Below are positions 24,945 through 36,400 of a stretch of 64,000 nucleotides of DNA, piece after piece. The position numbers and the translations under genes are program-made. The DNA comes from Zygnema circumcarinatum SAG 698-1b (Eukaryota; Plantae; Zygnematophyceae): positions 4,211,674-4,275,673 of the forward strand of contig CM074808.1 of NCBI GenBank assembly GCA_037447605.1. The letters are read 5' to 3'. The notes beneath the pieces were generated by a model. That model searched no databases and was not told where the DNA came from. It worked only from the letters and a program-made list of their open reading frames with translations. The stretch's first letter is position 1. Each line of letters starts with the position of its first letter.

Positions 24945-25705
24945 GTAACAGCTGAGATCTGCCTCTTCAGCCTACGCGGAATCACACACCAGCACTCAGC
25001 AAAACAGAGTTCAGATCGAGAGGGATTCAGAGAGAGAGAGAGAGAGCTTCAGAGGGTCGCGCAGCCCTGGGCAGGGGTGCAACCGAATGCCGGTACGTTG
25101 GTTGGGTGACGACAGTCACCCACGCCCCTTTACGCTTCCGTCAACCTCCTAACAAAGATGGAGGATCGAAGTGTGGTCGCCCAATGGCATCGCCACGTGA
25201 AACCTCTCTCAATTCACCGGGTCGCAGGTGTGGCTAACGCATTAACGCCATCATCGCGAGATTCTCTGCGCAGGTGGCGCCGCTACAAGGCCAGCGACGC
25301 GGCGCCAGACATCGTAACGGTGCCGGATCCTACGCTACGCGGGTTCGACAGCCACCGTCCGGCATCAACGTACCCGTGAATTCAGCCTTACTCCAACGGG
25401 CGACTCCCTGGGATCCGGCCGCCGCCCGAAAGATTCACCGCGGACCGATTGGGTCCCTGCGTGGTGCCTGCAATCCCCAATCCTCCCCTAAGCCGAGGTG
25501 AGGGGACCTTTGGTCGCAGCCGTGGGGCGACCGCGACTATGCGTGGTGTGCCCCCTAATGTGCAGGAACCAGTTCTACGGTTCAACCTAGACCTCCGTGT
25601 GGTCTCATAGGGTATCCGGCTCCCAACCGCTGGGGTAGTATCGCATTGATGGAAACATAAAGCCACCGGCCCTATAACCCTTCCGGGGTGATCATGCTTT
25701 TCACA
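24945..25705 (-). repeat. 3' LTR of element B
   Basis: Minus strand reads TGTGAAAAG...TGTTACA; contains an (AG)n tract; homologous to 31557-32294. Confidence 0.8.
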
Positions 25706-25741
25706 TTGGCTTCCCCTGCGGAGAATGCGTGAACGCCTCGC

Positions 25742-27196
25742 TCACGCGGTGGGGTAAGAAGGCAACAGAAGTTTCAACGGGCACGCTGGCCGTAATCCCC
25801 TACGTGATAACCGGGAGGGCTCAGCGATAATCCCGGTCAAGTCCCTTTCCGAGTTGCGCGGGGACGGCTCAGGAACCCCCCGTGCCGCCCTCGCCCGCTC
25901 TCCTGCGGCCTGCGCCTCCCAGTACAAGTTGATGAGCTCCTGGCAATTGGTTAAGTTGCCCTCGCTCTGCCATGTGCTATGCTCAACCCCATAGCCCAAC
26001 CACTTCACGAGGTATTCGTGACGGGAAGATCGACCCTTTCTCACAATACGGTGGGCTTGAATGGTTTCAACTTCATACTCAAGTTCACCTTCAAGTTCCA
26101 CTGGTGGGGGAGGTGGTTGGATCCTCCCATCGCTACGGTAGACCTTTAGCAAACCCACATGAAAGACCGGATGCACCTTCACGTGGGATGGTAAATCCAA
26201 CCTGTAAGCGACATCATTGATTCGCTTCACGACCTTAAAAGGTCCGATGAAACGGGGCCACAGCTTACGTGTTCCGCCATAAGCTTTGAGTCTCAAGTTC
26301 GCCGTACTTAGCAACACCTCGTCGCCTTCGTTGAAGGTGAGTTGGGTACGGTGACGGTCAGCATAGGCCTTTTGTCGCGACTGGGCCGCTAGCAGGGTCT
26401 GCCGTGCCCTCTGCAGCGCCTCAGACATTAGTCGGACAAAAGATCTGACTGCGGGAGGTTGAGTCCCATCAGTCCCTCTCAGCTTCCAAGGATCGGGGTT
26501 TCTGTGGACGCCCATGTTCCACGGATCAGGGGGCTGATCCCTTGGTTGCAGGGGATTTAGGGGATGCTGCCCAAAGTTCAGGAAGAAAGGGGTGGTACCA
26601 ATGGACTCCTGGAAAGCATTATTGATGGCGTACTCTGCCACTGGGAGCAGTTCATCCCACCCATCCGGGGTGGGTCCCACATAATGCCGGAGGTAATCCT
26701 CCAGGATCCTGTTCACCCGTTCCGTCTGGCCATCGGTTTGCGGGTGGAAAGCTGTACTCAACGCCTGCTTGGTCCCAACGATTTTGAGCACTTCCGTCCA
26801 AAAATGGCCGGTGAATCGTGGATCACGGTCAGACACAATTTCTGACTGAAGACCATGCTGGCTCCACACTTTGTCAACATACAACCGTGCAATCTCGTCG
26901 GCCCCAGCGGTCTTAGTAGTTGGTGCAAAATGCACCATCTTGCTGAGCCGATCGACAAAGACGAGGATGGAGTCATGCCCCCGAGGTGTCACAGGAAGAT
27001 CTGTGATCAAGTCCATACCCACACTATCCCATTTCCGAAAAGGAGGTGTGAGGGGTTGCAGCTGGCCAGGGATCCCGCCAGCGCGGGGTTTGTTTCGTTG
27101 ACAAGTTGGACAAGCGAGTACATACGCTTTCACATCCCTCGAGAGTCCAAGCCACCAGAACTCTCGAGCAGTGCCTCGCAAATGGTTTTGGGGCAA
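25742..27196 (-). CDS. Integrase with GPF/Y motif and chromodomain (element B), uninterrupted ORF
   Basis: ORF 484 aa: CPTCQ zinc-binding part, MDLITDLP, SDRDPRFT, QTDGQTERVN, PRFIGPF, YEVETIQAHR..YLVKWLGY. Confidence 0.95.
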   Translation of the reverse strand: MPQNHLRGTAREFWWLGLSRDVKAYVLACPTCQRNKPRAGGIPGQLQPLTPPFRKWDSVGMDLITDLPVTPRGHDSILVFVDRLSKMVHFAPTTKTAGADEIARLYVDKVWSQHGLQSEIVSDRDPRFTGHFWTEVLKIVGTKQALSTAFHPQTDGQTERVNRILEDYLRHYVGPTPDGWDELLPVAEYAINNAFQESIGTTPFFLNFGQHPLNPLQPRDQPPDPWNMGVHRNPDPWKLRGTDGTQPPAVRSFVRLMSEALQRARQTLLAAQSRQKAYADRHRTQLTFNEGDEVLLSTANLRLKAYGGTRKLWPRFIGPFKVVKRINDVAYRLDLPSHVKVHPVFHVGLLKVYRSDGRIQPPPPPVELEGELEYEVETIQAHRIVRKGRSSRHEYLVKWLGYGVEHSTWQSEGNLTNCQELINLYWEAQAAGERARAARGVPEPSPRNSERDLTGIIAEPSRLSRRGLRPACPLKLLLPSYPTA

Positions 27197-30100
27197 CTCC
27201 CATGTGACCTCGGGTACGGAGGATCAAATGTAGCTCTCACCTGCACGAAATGGCCAGATGTATCTCCGGAACCTTGGGCACGACCAACCGCTGGCCGCGG
27301 TACCAAAAATCCGTCCTTAGACACCACTTTGTCCTTATAGCCATTACCTTGGCCATCCAGGAACAAAGGATCACCAGTATACCCCTCTTGGATCATCTGT
27401 CTGAGATCCGAGAGAGCAGGAGGGTTGGATCAAGGCCACCGGTGAGGATCTGCGACAAAGCATACCGAGACGGAGACTCGGGTTGGCCGCCCTCACCTCC
27501 GCCATCCTCGCTCCACCAACACTCTAGCCTTCCACGAGCCGCCATCTCATCCGTGCAAGATGCCGAGGCTGCCTACTCAGTGGGTCTGCTACATTCAGCC
27601 TTCCGGGCCGATAAACCCACTGGCAGTCAAACCTTTGGAGGAACTCAGACCAGCGTGCCTGCCGCCTAGACAGGGTCTGTTGGGTTGAGAGGAACGTCAG
27701 CGGGCGGTGGTCAGTGACCAGCGTGACCGCCTTCGCCCCCTCTAAATAGCACCGCCATGTCCTCAGGGCGTGGACCACTGCAAGCAGTTCTTGTTCTGTT
27801 GCAGAATAGTTGCGCTCAGCGGGATTCATTTTGCGGCTTTCATACGCTAAAGGTTGGCCATCTTGAAACAAGATCTACACTCCGCTTAATCCCGCCACGC
27901 CGTGTTCACTTCATAAGGTTTCTGGACGGGTCCGGGCTAGGATCGAGAGAGTGGGTGCTGCATCAGTGCATGGCGCATTAACCTTCTCATCGCATTCCCC
28001 GCATTCAGGGTCCATGTGAAGGGGACACCTAACGCGGTCAAATTAGCCGCGAGTAACCAACTTACTTTCAAACCCTTGATGAACTTCTACGAAAATAGTT
28101 CGCAAATCCTAAGCATGACCCTCAACCGATGCAAGTCAAGTTTGCGCCCAAGTTTCATCACCGAACTTTGGCGTGGTCTCGGTCAAGGCCCCCATCATTG
28201 GAGAATATGTGCCCAAGATAAAGCAACTCACGTTGCATGAAGTGACACTTCTTCCTCTTGGCATAAAATTGGTGCTTCCTCAGGGTCTCAAACACTTTCC
28301 GAACGTGTTCAAGATGTTCCTCCTCTGTCTTACTGAAGACAAGGATATCATCGAGGTAAACCAAAACAAACTCGTCCATGCCGATGAACATTTCGTTCAT
28401 CACGGCCTGGAAAGTTGCCGGAGCATTAGTCAATCCAAAGGGGCAAAACCTTATATTAGAAATGACCAATCGGCGTCCGGAACGCAGTTTTTGGCACATC
28501 AGCTTCCGTGACGCGGATCTGATGATACCCCTGAGCAAGATCAAGTGATGTAAACACTTTTGGCGCCGCGGGAAGACGATCCAACAGACATCAATACGCG
28601 GTAAAGCAAAACGTTCTTCTGGTGATCTTGTTGAGGGCGCCATAATCAATGCACATCCTCAACGCAGCCATCTTCTTCCCAACAACAAGATGGGCGCCCC
28701 AAAGGGCTTTGACCGCCTCTATCCTGCTCCCTTGTCACGAAAGCTGCCACCGCTACGCGAGATCTCTCTCGCTCTCTTCGGGCTTAACCGAGATCGCCGC
28801 CAAGGCGTTTTTCGCCGCTCAAGAGGGATCAGGTGCCCCACTTCAGATGGTGGCAACCTCTTTGAAGGTCGCCGTAGTGAAAACATCCTCAAATCATCCA
28901 ACGTAGGTTGGATTTTGGGTGGAACGGCCGAGAGCACATCCGTGGATGTGATCTGCCATTCCTGATCTTCGTCATGAACATCCTCAGTGGCTGCCATGAC
29001 ATGCACCATGAACAAGGTGCAACCTTCCTTAACCGCTTTGGCCAATGCATACCGGTGCGCAGATAAGTGAGTAGCTGTGCTGCTTGATACAGCGGATGGC
29101 TCGCTGTGGTGCAGGTGTTACTGCCACCATCAAGTGCGGGTAATGCAATGTGGGACAGAAAAGTCCATTTGTGCTTTGACCATGGTTAACCAAGCACTCC
29201 CCAAAATAACATCAGTACCAGGGGCCAGTTGTGTTAGAAGACACTTGACTGCCCCGGAGTAGGATTGGAGCTTGATCTTGAGTGTGACGCTACCAGAGAT
29301 CTGGCCCTTGCGTCCATCCCCGAAAGTAACACTTTCTGAATGGGGACTGCGGGTCAACCCAAATTGCGAACGCAGGTAACTAACAAAGCTAGCATCTGCT
29401 CCAAAGATTCAGCAGAGAACCGGGCCGGGTGGCTATTGGTTTGATCCTCGGCGAAGGTCAGCGGTAAGTACCCATGGGCAAGATGGAACATAGATCGCAC
29501 TATATGCGAGGGTTGAGGACGAGCCGTCCTCCACACCAATGTGTAGGGTGAGCCAACCAGCAAGCTGGTGGATCCTTCCATCTCTTGCACCAACGTGTGC
29601 CCTTTCCTCAACTGTTTCACCAACCGCCAAGTGGCGTTGGGAAAGGTGCGAACTGCCATGTGCTGAGGAACCAGCACATGCAGCCCAAGGACATGGGAGG
29701 TGTTTCCCATGACATGCAAAGCAGCCATGGCACATTGCATGAGAACATCATCGCCCATGACATTGAGGATAAAGACATGCCAATCACCATTCATCACGAC
29801 ATCCATAAACCCAGAAGGAGTCACTACAGTGGCAGGAGAGAGAGAAATGGAAGAAGGGAGTACATCAAACACAGCAGATCTTGCACTTCGTGAGGCCTGT
29901 CCACCAAGTTAAGAATGTCCAGGTTCTAAGAAACAAGAGTCTTTTATCCCCATGGCGTTCCCCATTCCTCCCCTAGTTTGCTAGCATGTCACCAAAGACC
30001 CACCCCCTAAGCCGTAAGCCAGCTTCCTCGCCCCTTTGCCCTTCTTGTCCTTGGTGTTCAGAGGGCAATCACGGGCCTTGTGCCCCTCCTTGCGGCAGCG

Positions 30101-31556
30101 GAAACACTTGTTCTCCCGCTGCATCTTCTCCATTTCCTCTGGAGTCAACTTCTGCGGCCGTGCAGTGGGTGGGCGGGCAGCCACTTCCGGCTGCTTCCGC
30201 TTGTTCTTTCCTGCCAGTTTGGCAGGAGCTGAGGGTCCCGCCTTCCACGACCCTGTCACGTCGCCCGACCTCTGCTGGGGTCGGGAAGGGCCTGCATCGC
30301 CTGCAGGGGCGGTGTCCAACTGAATGGCTTCATCAGCACAAACAGAGTCGGCCGGGTCCCACTGCCTCTCGTGAGTCCGCGGGGTTAGTTCTTAGTCGCC
30401 TCGTGGCTTCAAGCCATTCCCTCAAGTAGCAACTCAGCCCCCGTCTGTGCTTGTGAGTGGTGATTTGGGGCACACTTGTCACAGGTCTCGCGGTAAACGC
30501 TTGATCACTGCCACCATGTTCTCAAACTTATCCCGGCTCTCGCCGATCCAAGGTCTCAAAGTGTTTGATAAGTTCATCTTCAACTTATCCCAATCGCCCT
30601 GGGCCTCTATCAGATAGGCCTCATACAATACCTGTGATGCTCCTTCGAAAGTGCTGGGTAAGCAAGCTTACCACTGGAGTGGGGACAGCTTGGTCGCCGT
30701 AAGGTAGCCCCTTCGCTTGATTCCAAATCCACCGCCGGCTACAACGGTAGCCCGTGGTAGGATGTTCTCACCGTGTGCTAAGAGGGCTACCTTGGCCCGA
30801 CTCCGCCAAGTCCCGCAGGTTGCGGGGAGCAGTCCGAGGACCGGGATTCCTCCGCCCCAAGAATACACTTTAATGGGTCTCTTCATCGCTGGGGTGGTTC
30901 ACCCCATGGAGGGCTTCCCTCGCGGGAAAAACCAGTGGGTCCGACTGTACGGGTCGCCCTTAGCCGGGTTGGGGCGTCGGGACAGACGACGCTTACCGCA
31001 GTGGCTGCCTTAACCCCTTCCCCTCTTCGTGACTCCGCCGTGACATCCACGCCTCTACAACCGAGGGGTCGCATACCTTCGGACATCCTTCGAACCTCCG
31101 GGGGGCGCCCTAATCTATATTTTCGAGCTGTCCACCAAACGGCTACCGCGAGCCCCATGTCGCCCACCTTCCTGGAGTGTACCAATCTATTCACGCTCTC
31201 GCCTCCCTCACGCTTTCCCCGTGATCCTCAAATCCCCTGCCTCATTACCTTCTACGCCACAATGCGTGATGTGTGGGCCCCGGCAGTAGGGGCCCAGCTA
31301 AGCCACCGGAGCCACGGGCTCCGGTTGGGTGGGGAGAGGGGCGGTGGTCTCCGGGTGACCTTGATCACCCGTGGGCTCGGGACTCGGCCCCTCCATAGGG
31401 ACGGGCGTAGTCTCCGAGTTCTCCTCCATCTCCTCGTCCCGGGGAACGGGAGGTGGAGGTGGCGGCCCCGAGGGCCCCGGGTCCCCTCCGGCCCGGCGAG
31501 TGGTCACCATGACCCACTAGGTTCTCCAAAGAAGCATACGCATGCTCGATACTCAA

Positions 31557-32294
31557 TGTACGAAAATTAGACCGCTTCTTCACTTTACGGAATCACACAC
31601 CAAGATTCCTCGCCGAAAACAGAGTTCAAATGAGAGGGATTCGTAGAGAGAGAGAGAGAGCTTCGTAGGTCAGCAGCCTTCGGCAGGTGCAACTGAATGC
31701 TGGTACGCTGTTTAGCACGGCCAGCCACCATTTCTTTACGCTTTCCCTGCCGTAATCCCTCCTACCAGCGATAGAGGATTGGAAGTGGCCGCCTAATGGC
31801 GTATCGCGTTATCGCAGTTCCTTCAATTCGAATGGGTTTTGCGCTAAACGCACGTAACGCCATCGCGCTACGGGCGCTACACGCGCGCCAGTATATCGCT
31901 GTAATGGCCGATCCTGGCACATAAGGGGCGCGCTGTTCGGACAACAAAGCTGTACTGCCCGCATCAACGGGTACCGTGAATTGTACGGACAACGGGCGAC
32001 TCTGGGACTGGCCGCGCCCGAGATTCAACAAGGGACCGGATTGTCCCTGCGGTGCCGTAATCCCCAATCCTCCCTGCAAGGCCGCAGGAGGGGACCTTGG
32101 TCGGCCGTGGTGTGGGGCGCACTGCGATCATGTGGTGCCCCCACGCGGTGAAATCCGCTTCTACGAAACAACCTAGACCTCCGCGGGTCCTATAGGGTCC
32201 TCATGCCCTAACCGTTAGGGTACCGCATTGACGGAAACATAAAGCCACGCTGGGCCCTAAGTAAATCTCTTCCTCAGCGCATCAGAAGGCCACA
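31557..32294 (-). repeat. 5' LTR of element B
   Basis: Minus strand reads TGTGGCC...CGTACA; shares ggaatcacacacc, the (AG)n tract, caacctagacctccg and ggaaacataaagccac with the 3' LTR. Confidence 0.8.
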
Positions 32295-35200
32295 TGCTAG
32301 AGGCGCCACACCTCTTCCCGACTCTCCGAAAGTGGGTGCAAAGTGCACCATCTTGCTCAGACGGTCGACAAACACCATAATAGCATCGTGACCCCGTGGG
32401 GTTTCTGGTAAATCTGTGATCAAATCCATACCGATGCTCTCCCACTTACGAAAAGGGGGAGTGAGTGGTTGAAGCTGGCCAAGAATCCTGCCAGTGCGGG
32501 GCTTATCACGTTGACAGGTTGGACAGGCGAGCACATACGCCAAAACATCCGTCGTGAGTCCCGGCCACCAAAACTCACGGAGTACTGCCTCGGAGGTTTT
32601 GGCAACACCCATGTGGCCCCTGTAAGGAGGATCGTGCATCTCACTTAGAATGAGTCAGCCGCATGCTTCCAATACTCGGGAACGACTATCTCCGCTTGTC
32701 GCGCAAGTACTCAAAACCCGCCTCAGGAGCGCAAAGCATTCTTGTCCTTATAGCTACTACCGCCGCCCAAGAACATAGATCACCAAAGATAACCCCTCCA
32801 ATCATCTGCCTAAGATTAGAGAGTATAGGGGCTTCACCGCGGCGTTGGTCAGGTATCCATGGCTAAACACGTTGGGAAGGGAGAAGGTGAGGTGGCCGGC
32901 CCACCTTCTCGACCGCTTTGTTCCTCCAACACTCGGGTCGACGAGCGCACCAACCAGGCAAGATGACTGGACTGTCTGCTCAACGAATCGGCAACATTCA
33001 ACCTTCCTGGCCGATATACCCATTTGCAGTCAAATCTCTGGAGGAACTCGGACCAACGGGCCTGCCGCCTAGATAGTGTCTGTTGAGAGGAGAGGAAGGT
33101 CAAGGGCCGGTGGTCTGTGACCAGCGTGACGGCTTCCGCCCCCTCCAAATAGCAACGCCATGTCCTCAAGGCGTGAACAACTGCGAGCAGTTCCTGCTCA
33201 GTTGCCGAGTAGTTTCGTTCAGCTGGGTTCATCTTCCGGCTTTCATAAGCCAGTGGTTGGCCCGCCTGAAACAGGACAGCGCCAAGTGCGAACCCCGACG
33301 CATCGCAAACCACCTCATAGGGTTTGGTAGGGTTTGCCAACACCAACGTAGGTGCGGTGATGAGGGCGTGTTTGGTCCCCTCAAACGCCACCTGACATTC
33401 ATCTGTCCAGGTGTAGCGAACTCCAGATTTGGTTAGGTCTGTAAGTGGAGTGACTAGCTTACTAAATCCCTGAATGAATTTACGAAAATAATTCGCAAAG
33501 CCCAAGAAGGAACGCAACTGATGCAGATCCTTAGGAACAGCCCAAGTGGCAACCGCCGCAATTTTGCCCGGGTCAGGCTTGAGGCCGTCCTCTCCAAGGA
33601 TATGTCCAAGGTAGAGCAACTCGCGCTGCATGAACTGGCATTTCTTGCGTTTCGCATAAAATGTGTGCTGGCGTAAGACCGACAACACATTGCGAACGTG
33701 GGTCAAGTGGTCCTGTTCTGTTTTGCTGAAAACCAGAATGTCATCGAGGTAGACCAAGACGTAATCGTCCATGCCGGTGAACATCTCGTTCATCACAGAC
33801 TGAAAGGTTGCCGGTGCATTTGTCAACCCAAAAGGCAGTACCTTGTATTGGAAATGACCAATAGGCGTACGAAACGCAGTCTTTGGTACGTCAGCATCCG
33901 TGACCCGGATCTGATGGTAGCCCTGGGCCAGATCGAGCGAAGTGAAAATTCGCGCCCCATGCAACCGGTCTAATAAGTCATCTATTCGAGGTAAAGCATA
34001 ACGATTTTTTATCGTGATTTTATTAAGCGCCCGTTAATCAATGCACATTCGCAAGGACCCGTCTTTCTTTCCCACAAATAGGATAGGGGCCCCAAAAGGG
34101 CTCTGACTGGGCTCAATCCAGCCTTTGGAGCGCAGATTCGCCAGCTGCTTCCGCATTTCTTCGGTCTCCTTGGGGCTCAATCGATAGATTGGTCGCCAAG
34201 GTGGTTTCTGCTCAGGCTCAAGGGGAATAGTATGCCCCACGCCACGCGCAGGCGGAAGCCTTGAGGGGAGGTCCTCTGGGAAAATGTCCTGAAATTCGTC
34301 AAGTAAAGATTGGATCGCCAGTGGCACGGGTGGTAACGACTCTGAGGCAGTAGGTAACCATTCCTGGTCGCCGTCATATACAGCCTCGATCTCATCGACG
34401 AGGTGCACATAGAAAAGTACACAACCCGTTTTCACGGCTTTCGCCACCTGCATGGCGGAGCACAAGTGCGCCGCATCTGGATGGAGGGGGGGAACAACCG
34501 TGGGTATACCTGGTAATAAGGTGACCCGCCGAGCGCCACTGCGAACCACGCAGTTTGGAACTGCAAAATCCATCATTGCCCGGACTGACTGCAACCACTG
34601 ACTGCCTAAAATCAAGTCAATGCCAGGAGTCAGAATTGTGACCAAGCACCGAATCTGCCCGGAAAAAGCTTGAATTCGCAATTGGGTAGTCACACAACCG
34701 AGGATCTGCCCTTTACGACCATCGCCGAACGTGACTGTATCGGAGCGGTTCAGTACAAGGGAGTCATCTAACAAACGGCGAGTTCAGAAATTGCCGCTGC
34801 CGAATCAAATAAGGCGAGCGATGCATCTACCTTTCCACAACCCCAAAGAAGGTCATGGCCCGTGGGATCGGGCCAAACACGGACCTGGCGACAACCAACG
34901 CAGCGGACGCGCCGGGCGCCAGCGAGCTGGAACGAAGCGCCGCAAGAGGTGCCGCGGGCTCGAAGTCGCCCCAAAGACACCAACGGGTGACTTACGCCAA
35001 ACTGCACCACTTCTTCCAACGGGCGTGGCCGTAAACAAGTAAGTGATGGGGACGGCCGCGAAGCAAGATGCGCATGTACCGACACCAGCATTGTAGTAGC
35101 GCCCCCGCCAAAGCGCATCAAGGACACTTTCAAACAGATCGGTAGTTCCGGTAGGGTTCAGAATCCAGATTTCAGCAGGGTCATTCCATTGCGCAACAGA

Positions 35201-35775
35201 AAACTCAAGAGAGGTCATTCGGGTGGAGAGGGAGAACAAAGAGTCATTCAGATATTCCGGGCAATGCAAAACAAAAATATCTGACTCAAGGGGCTGCCGG
35301 CCCATAATATTCAATAAATCACTGGAAAAGGGTACAACAAAATCCCTACGCCTGGCAGCTCCAACAACCATTCCCCGCCTCACTACCACCGCAAATAACC
35401 TCTAGGATCAGGTGGAGGTTCGCTTTTCCGGCCGTGAGCTAGTCAATCTTAGGGATGCCTTTCACGCAGCCAAATGCCTCACCGTCGGCACCGCAGAAGA
35501 TCGCCCTCCTTCTGAGCCTCTGTCCGCTTGGGACGCCAACTTGGGACTTGCCGCCAAGGGCTGGCTACCTCAAGACGCTTGGCCCCCTCCCCGCCCAATG
35601 CTACCCGAAGGGTGGGTTCTCCCACCAGGCGCAGTTGGAGCCGAGGGTACAGGGACCAAGTCCCACGCCAAGGGTCTCGGGCCACAGGTTCAAGGCCACC
35701 GCTGCTCACCATGCCAAGATAAAACAGATCTGCGCCCCACAGCCCACCCAGGGCTTGTAGCAGCGGGTTGAAAGC
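32295..35775 (-). mobile_element. Chromovirus element A, 5' half (gag C-term, extra domain, PR, RT, RH, integrase N-half), truncated at a telomeric tract
   Basis: Degenerate knuckle ~35450-35530, ALFDSA protease site ~34800, ORF 34034-34774 (PR-RT start), ORF 32849-33964 (LDLAQGYHQI, YLDDIL, DASG), ORF ending MVHFAPT at the LTR boundary. Confidence 0.9.
32849..33964 (-). CDS. Reverse transcriptase + RNase H (element A)
   Basis: ORF 371 aa with FTSLDLAQGYHQI, PFGLTNAPATFQ, YLDDILVFS, VVCDASGFALGAVL, TEQELLAVV, VTDHRPL. Confidence 0.95.
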   Translation of the reverse strand: MHGARIFTSLDLAQGYHQIRVTDADVPKTAFRTPIGHFQYKVLPFGLTNAPATFQSVMNEMFTGMDDYVLVYLDDILVFSKTEQDHLTHVRNVLSVLRQHTFYAKRKKCQFMQRELLYLGHILGEDGLKPDPGKIAAVATWAVPKDLHQLRSFLGFANYFRKFIQGFSKLVTPLTDLTKSGVRYTWTDECQVAFEGTKHALITAPTLVLANPTKPYEVVCDASGFALGAVLFQAGQPLAYESRKMNPAERNYSATEQELLAVVHALRTWRCYLEGAEAVTLVTDHRPLTFLSSQQTLSRRQARWSEFLQRFDCKWVYRPGRLNVADSLSRQSSHLAWLVRSSTRVLEEQSGREGGPATSPSPFPTCLAMDT

Positions 35776-35782
35776 AACAAAA

Positions 35783-35822
35783 CCTTAAAACCCTAAAACC
35801 CTAAAACCCTAAAACCCTAAAA
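35783..35822 (-). repeat. Interstitial (TTTTAGGG)n tract
   Basis: ccttaaaa followed by four ccctaaaa units, at the point where element A gag breaks off. Confidence 0.9.
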
Positions 35823-35914
35823 TCTCACACACAACCGGACGCATGGTCGACGCCATTTCTTCCCTCACGAGAAAGTTTGTGTGTGGTTTTTTTTTTATTT
35901 TTTTCCCAATTTAG

Positions 35915-36400
35915 GGCTACGTGGCAAAACCTGATTGGATAAAAAACATACCCCATTTCCTACAAACGATCCAAAAAAACACCACAACACCCACGTGGCA
36001 ATTTCTGACTGGATAAGAGGTATACCACATTCCGTTCGACAATCCAAAAAAAAAAAAAAAGCTGATACGTGGCAATAACTGACTGGATATTCAGTTTAGT
36101 TAAACACGCACATTCACACACGCACACGCATTTTCTGCACATTCGATCCAACAAAACACACAACCAATCAGGACGCGCGACGTGGCAACGTCAAATTCGC
36201 GGCAACTATACCCCATTTTCATTAAATTCACCTTTGACAAAATCGAATCCGTAGGTCACATAAAACAAAAACACGTGGCAATAACTGAATACCCCATTTT
36301 CTGCACATTCGATCCAACAAAACACACAACCAATCAGGACGCGCAACGTGGCAACGTCAGACTCGCGGAAACTATACCCCATTTTCATCAAACTCATCTT
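35915..36400 (+). repeat. Degenerate tandem repeat with six ACGTGGCAA motifs
   Basis: acgtggcaa at ~35919, 35993, 36067, 36180, 36273, 36347, interspersed with ataccccattt and ttcgatccaacaaaacacacaaccaatcaggacgcgc units; one unit is also present at 20605-20720. Confidence 0.8.

Larger units (their letters stand above)
24945..32294 (-). mobile_element. Full-length chromoviral Ty3/Gypsy LTR retrotransposon (element B, ~7.35 kb), nested in element A
   Basis: Two homologous LTRs with TG..CA ends, a degenerate iMet PBS (ttgagtatcgagc) next to the 5' LTR and a purine-rich tract before the 3' LTR. Order: gag (MVTTRRAGG..; CFRCRKEGHKARDC), extra domain, PR, RT (FGLTNAPATFQ, YLDD), RH, INT, chromodomain. 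Confidence 0.9.

Noticed and set aside
31557-32294. Interpretation as a shared LTR in a tandem retrotransposon array
   Set aside because: Element A integrase is colinear across both LTR boundaries with a near-TSD, which fits nested insertion better.
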